Positions 60,290 to 64,000 of a stretch of 64,000 nucleotides of DNA are shown here, piece by piece. The stretch covers positions 26,846,001 to 26,910,000 of the forward strand of contig NC_043018.1 of NCBI RefSeq assembly GCF_006345805.1. The letters run 5' to 3'. Below the pieces are notes generated by a model that had not been told where the DNA came from, did no database searches, and saw nothing but the letters and a program-made list of their open reading frames with translations. This DNA comes from Octopus sinensis. Its lineage: Eukaryota. A program made the translations under genes and the position numbers. Numbering within the stretch: position 1 is the stretch's first letter; every line of letters starts with the position of its first letter.

Positions 60290-60896
60290 CCTTTCCCCTC
60301 ATCTTTCTCCAGCTGCACATGCTGAATGGATGTGTCTACATGTCACTACATAGTGAATTAAAGCAACTAGCAAAATAAAAAAGAAAAGAAAGAAAGAGTA
60401 TAATACATGGCACCCTGCTGTCGCTAGCTTGCAAGCGGCGACAAGGCTGAAAAAATGTTAAAATGATTGCGCTGCTGTCTGGTGGCGACGTCTTTTGTCC
60501 GAGAACTGTACTTTTATTTGCCGCCACTTTCGTCATCATCAGCTTATCAGCCGGCAGTAAGCTGCCGCATAACCTGACTGCTCCCATAACCAGCAACCAC
60601 TTATATTCTAACAAATACTATAGGAGAGAGAGAGAGAGAGAGAGAGGAAGGGATGAAGTTCACAGAACTACCGTCTGGCACTTGGGTATCGTCAGCGAAG
60701 TGAACTATCTTATAAGAAAATAGTTGCCAAGTCACACAGCCTAACATTTCGACAGTCTGCTGTACAATACACGCATGCGCATATATCTCAAGACAAATGA
60801 AGAATAGAAAGTTTCCCCATCTTTAAAATTTATTTAATAAAATTCATTTTCTTCGCATTGCATCCCGACACGTTTCCTTTCCGTTATATATATATA

Positions 60897-61575
60897 CTAG
60901 CTAAAGGTGACCGGCTCTACGCGCGGGTAAGAGTGTGGTTGTTACTTTCTGTTGCTTCCTTTCAGCACGTAAAAAGCACCATCCGAACGTGGCGGATTGC
61001 AGCGCCGCCTTGACTGGCTTCTATGCCGGTGGTACGTAAAAAGTACCAACCGATCGTTGCCTCTGCGAGCCCCCCTGGCACCTGTGCCGGCGGCACGAAA
61101 AAAGCACCCACTACACTCACAGAGTGGTTGGCGTTAGGAAGGTCATCCACCTGTAGAAACACTGCCAGATCAGACTGAAGCCTGGTGCAGCCTCCTGGCT
61201 TCCCAGACCCCGGTCAAACTATCCAACCCGTGCTAGCACGGAAAACGGACGTTAAACGATGATGGTGATGATCCTCCCTCTTTGTTTCTCTCTCACTTTT
61301 CCCACTCTCTTACTTTTCTTTTCTCCCTCGCTTTCTCTTACTCTATCTTTATCTATCTATCTCCCATTTATAAAAAAGTTAGCTGACATGGGGGACTCGA
61401 AGAATCTCAGTATTGGAAAAAAAGTCACCTGGGGGTGAAATGAACTGGGTCACAAGAAATTAAATATGGTATGAAAATGCCATTTCGTATTTAGATTCAG
61501 CACACACTTAGAACAGCCTCCAAATCTTTCGCAAAAATTTGACAAAATCTGCCAAACTTTGGTATATAATGATAT
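60897..61575 (-). mobile_element. Helitron, second copy of the composite element
   Basis: A|CTAG plus hairpin at 60896-60930. Same SINE-D junction and GA-rich segment as 618-1113. The 5' limit is approximate. Confidence 0.7.
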
Positions 61576-61702
61576 ATTCTTTATTATTGTATTTCGGAAT
61601 GGTCATTTTGTCAGTTTAGCCAATAAAAACACACGCACTATATATTTGGTGTTACTTTGCTTCAGTGTTATTTATTTTTTACATTAATCTTAATCTTATT
61701 TC

Positions 61703-61747
61703 GGCCAGAGTTCTTTCGTCGCATTCCTGTGACCGCATCAGTGGTCC
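61703..61747 (-). ncRNA. Degenerate minimal hammerhead-like motif
   Basis: CCA-CUGAUGC-G-GUCAC-AGGAAU-GCGAC-GAAA-GAACU-C-UGG. A9 is substituted and stem I is only 3 bp. Confidence 0.35.
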
Positions 61748-62297
61748 TTTGCTTTCTTCTTTCTTATTTGTGTGTCTCTCCTTACTAACCGTCAGCCATT
61801 TTGTATATATTCTTTATTAAAATTTCTTTAACAATTACGTCTGATTCGTTAAGATTTGGTTAACCAAGTTAAATTATTAAATAAATAAAAAATATATAAT
61901 AAATCTATAAAGAATGACAAAAATTTACGAGATTTAGAGACCACTTTATGTTGTGGAATTTACGAGTTTTTGAGAGACTAGCCAGGTCTTCAAGATATCA
62001 GGTTTTGCGTATGTCTAAATCATTTAATTGTAATACATTGTAATAAAACTGACGAGCGAAGAGAAATTTTTCAGATTTTAAGAGGCTACTTCAGATTGCA
62101 GTTTTTTTTAAATTTGTTTTTAGTCATGGAACTATGGTCAAGCTGGCAGGGGTGGGGTTTTTATTTATGTGTTTTGGTCAATCATAGTGATAGTTTATTA
62201 ATCTATATTTTACAAATTGGAGAAGTCGTCGTTAATTTTGCCATCACAGCAGTCTTTTAAAACTGGTGGGATTGTGTCAAAAAAATTTCTCCCTTTC

Positions 62298-62361
<64 letters not shown>

Positions 62362-63067
62362 AGGCGCAATGGCCCAGTGGTCATGGCAGCGGACTCGCGG
62401 TCGTAGGATTGCGGTTTCGATTCCCAGACCGGGCGTTGTGTTTATTGAGCGAAAACACCCAAAACTCCACGAGGCCCCAGCAGGGGGTGGTGGCGATCCC
62501 TGCTGTACTCTTTCGCTACAAATTCTCTCACTCTTTCTTCTGCAGCCTGCTCGCTTAGCCAGCAGGGTGGCGTCATTTGAAGGCTTAAACAATGCGAAGC
62601 GCATTGTGACCAGCGATGTGTAGCAACATCTGATAGCCTGGTCGGTCACAAGATATATACGCACACACGCGCACGCACGCACACACACACACACACAGGG
62701 TCATACCATAAATAATGCGGTTTTTTCAATTGCATGAACTTTAAGTCGTCGGAGAGGCACTGGATAAACTACCTGCATCGACTTGCTATAAAAGCAGGTA
62801 GTCTCCCCACAGACATCAAGCCCACCCATTCCCTTCCTTCACAAAATAGAAAGAAGAGAAACAGACACAAAATACAAAAAAATTCCCTCCACAGTGAAAC
62901 AGGATATGTATGCGTTTTAACGGAAGATGCACAGGAGGAACTGATCAATGAGGTGACTGGATGGAGAACGGCAAAATATGTGGATATGAAAGGACAGGCA
63001 ATTGTAGTGGGTTGGGACATGTGTATGTTGGTGTCGCAAGTTCAAAGGGATGTAATTGTTAAATATA

Positions 63068-63298
63068 TATTTCTTTACTGCCCACAAGGGGCTAAACACA
63101 GAGGGGATAAACAAGGACAGACACACAGACTAAGTAGATTCCATCGACCCAGTGCGTAACTGGTACTTAATTTATCGACCCCGAAAGGATGAAAGGCAAA
63201 GTCGACCTCGGCAGAATTTGAACATAGAACGTAACTCAGACGAAATACGGCTACGCATTTCGCCCGGCGTGCTAACGTTTCTGCCAGCTCGCCGCCTT
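63068..63298 (-). mobile_element. SINE family A, full length
   Basis: 17-bp TSD TGTAATTGTTAAATATA at 63051-67 and 63299-315. Confidence 0.88.
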
Positions 63299-63894
63299 TG
63301 TAATTGTTAAATATAAAAGGGGATATAAGTGTTGGAAGACGGACATAGATATAAAAAGGATACCATGAAGAATAGGGTACGAGGAGCTACTAGAAAAATT
63401 TAATCTAGACGTTCTAAAACTATCAGGACTTAAAATGAAGTGACGTTGCTAGACGTGGGACTAGCAGCTCATTTTCATTTAATCATTTTCATGAATCATA
63501 CTTATCATAACTGAATTGTTTTTTTATTCAATTTTTTTTTTTGTTATTTGTCCTCACATGTGTTTGTGTTGTCCCATGTGTGTTGGCCCCTTGTGGGCAA
63601 TAAAAAAATCCACTTATTCTTAGTGCCGTTCAATTTTAACAGTTAGTTTTTCAAAGCCATAATGTAAGTGACAAAGGAGCATATTCGGCATATTTTGCTT
63701 TATGAGTTCAATAAAGGCAACAACGAAACGGAAAGTGTGAAGAATATTAATGCAGTATAACCTACTGACTTCTTTCTGCTTTCGTCTCTTAAATGTTCTA
63801 AACGATTCAGCTGACAAAATGACCCTTGGCCCTTTGACCCTACAGTATTATAGGATTGTTGTTTATCTTTTTACTTGTTTCTGTTATTAGGGGG

Positions 63895-64000
63895 CAGCCA
63901 TGGTGGGGCACCGTTGTGAAGATTGGACAATAAGCGTAAGACAGTGTCTACGGTGGTTCCAGGAATTCCGAGCCGGAAACTACAGCCTAAAAGACGAGCC
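63895..64000 (+). mobile_element. Mariner transposase N-terminal (HTH) fragment, running off the window
   Basis: Encodes ...CEDWTISVRQCLRWFQEFRAGNYSLKDEP, matching the mariner RWFxxFxxGxxxLxDEP motif. A possible mariner TIR lies at about 62696 (CAGGGTCATACCATAAATAATGCGG). Confidence 0.7.

Noticed and set aside
62880-63420. LINE endonuclease/RT-like peptides (KGQAIVVGWD; GYEELLEKFNL)
   Set aside because: Too short and degraded to assign, although an old LINE relic split by the SINE is plausible.
309-63817. Most short ORFs in the supplied track
   Set aside because: They map to SINEs, microsatellites or antisense strands of the above. Only those overlapping FATP exons or the LINE/mariner fragments carry recognisable motifs.

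Overview
AT-rich, microsatellite- and SINE-dense eukaryotic genomic DNA. The repeat repertoire suggests an octopus (inference). The only firmly supported gene is a + strand long-chain fatty acid transport protein / very-long-chain acyl-CoA synthetase (FATP1/4, SLC27A family). Ten GT-AG coding exons (7323-37100) were joined by hand and stay in phase, giving about 583 aa to a TAA stop. The N-terminal exon was not found and probably lies upstream of the window. The rest is repeats: four SINE or SINE-like families (my labels A-D), 3' ends of RTE, CR1-group and Tx1/L1-like LINEs, non-autonomous Helitrons, piggyBac-, hAT-, Merlin- and mariner-type elements, foldbacks and a GC-rich minisatellite. The most interesting signal is several unrelated repeat families that each carry a minimal type I hammerhead ribozyme fold with a palindromic loop III, as in Penelope-like elements. 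These include a G3-C8 swapped-core variant and a tRNA-headed, head-to-head palindromic element just downstream of an FATP exon. Also notable are two SINE-LINE tail pairings visible inside the window and a Helitron carrying a captured SINE plus flank, present twice. Exon coordinates were counted exactly. Repeat boundaries are approximate (about +/-10 bp), and family names are inferred from motifs without database searches.
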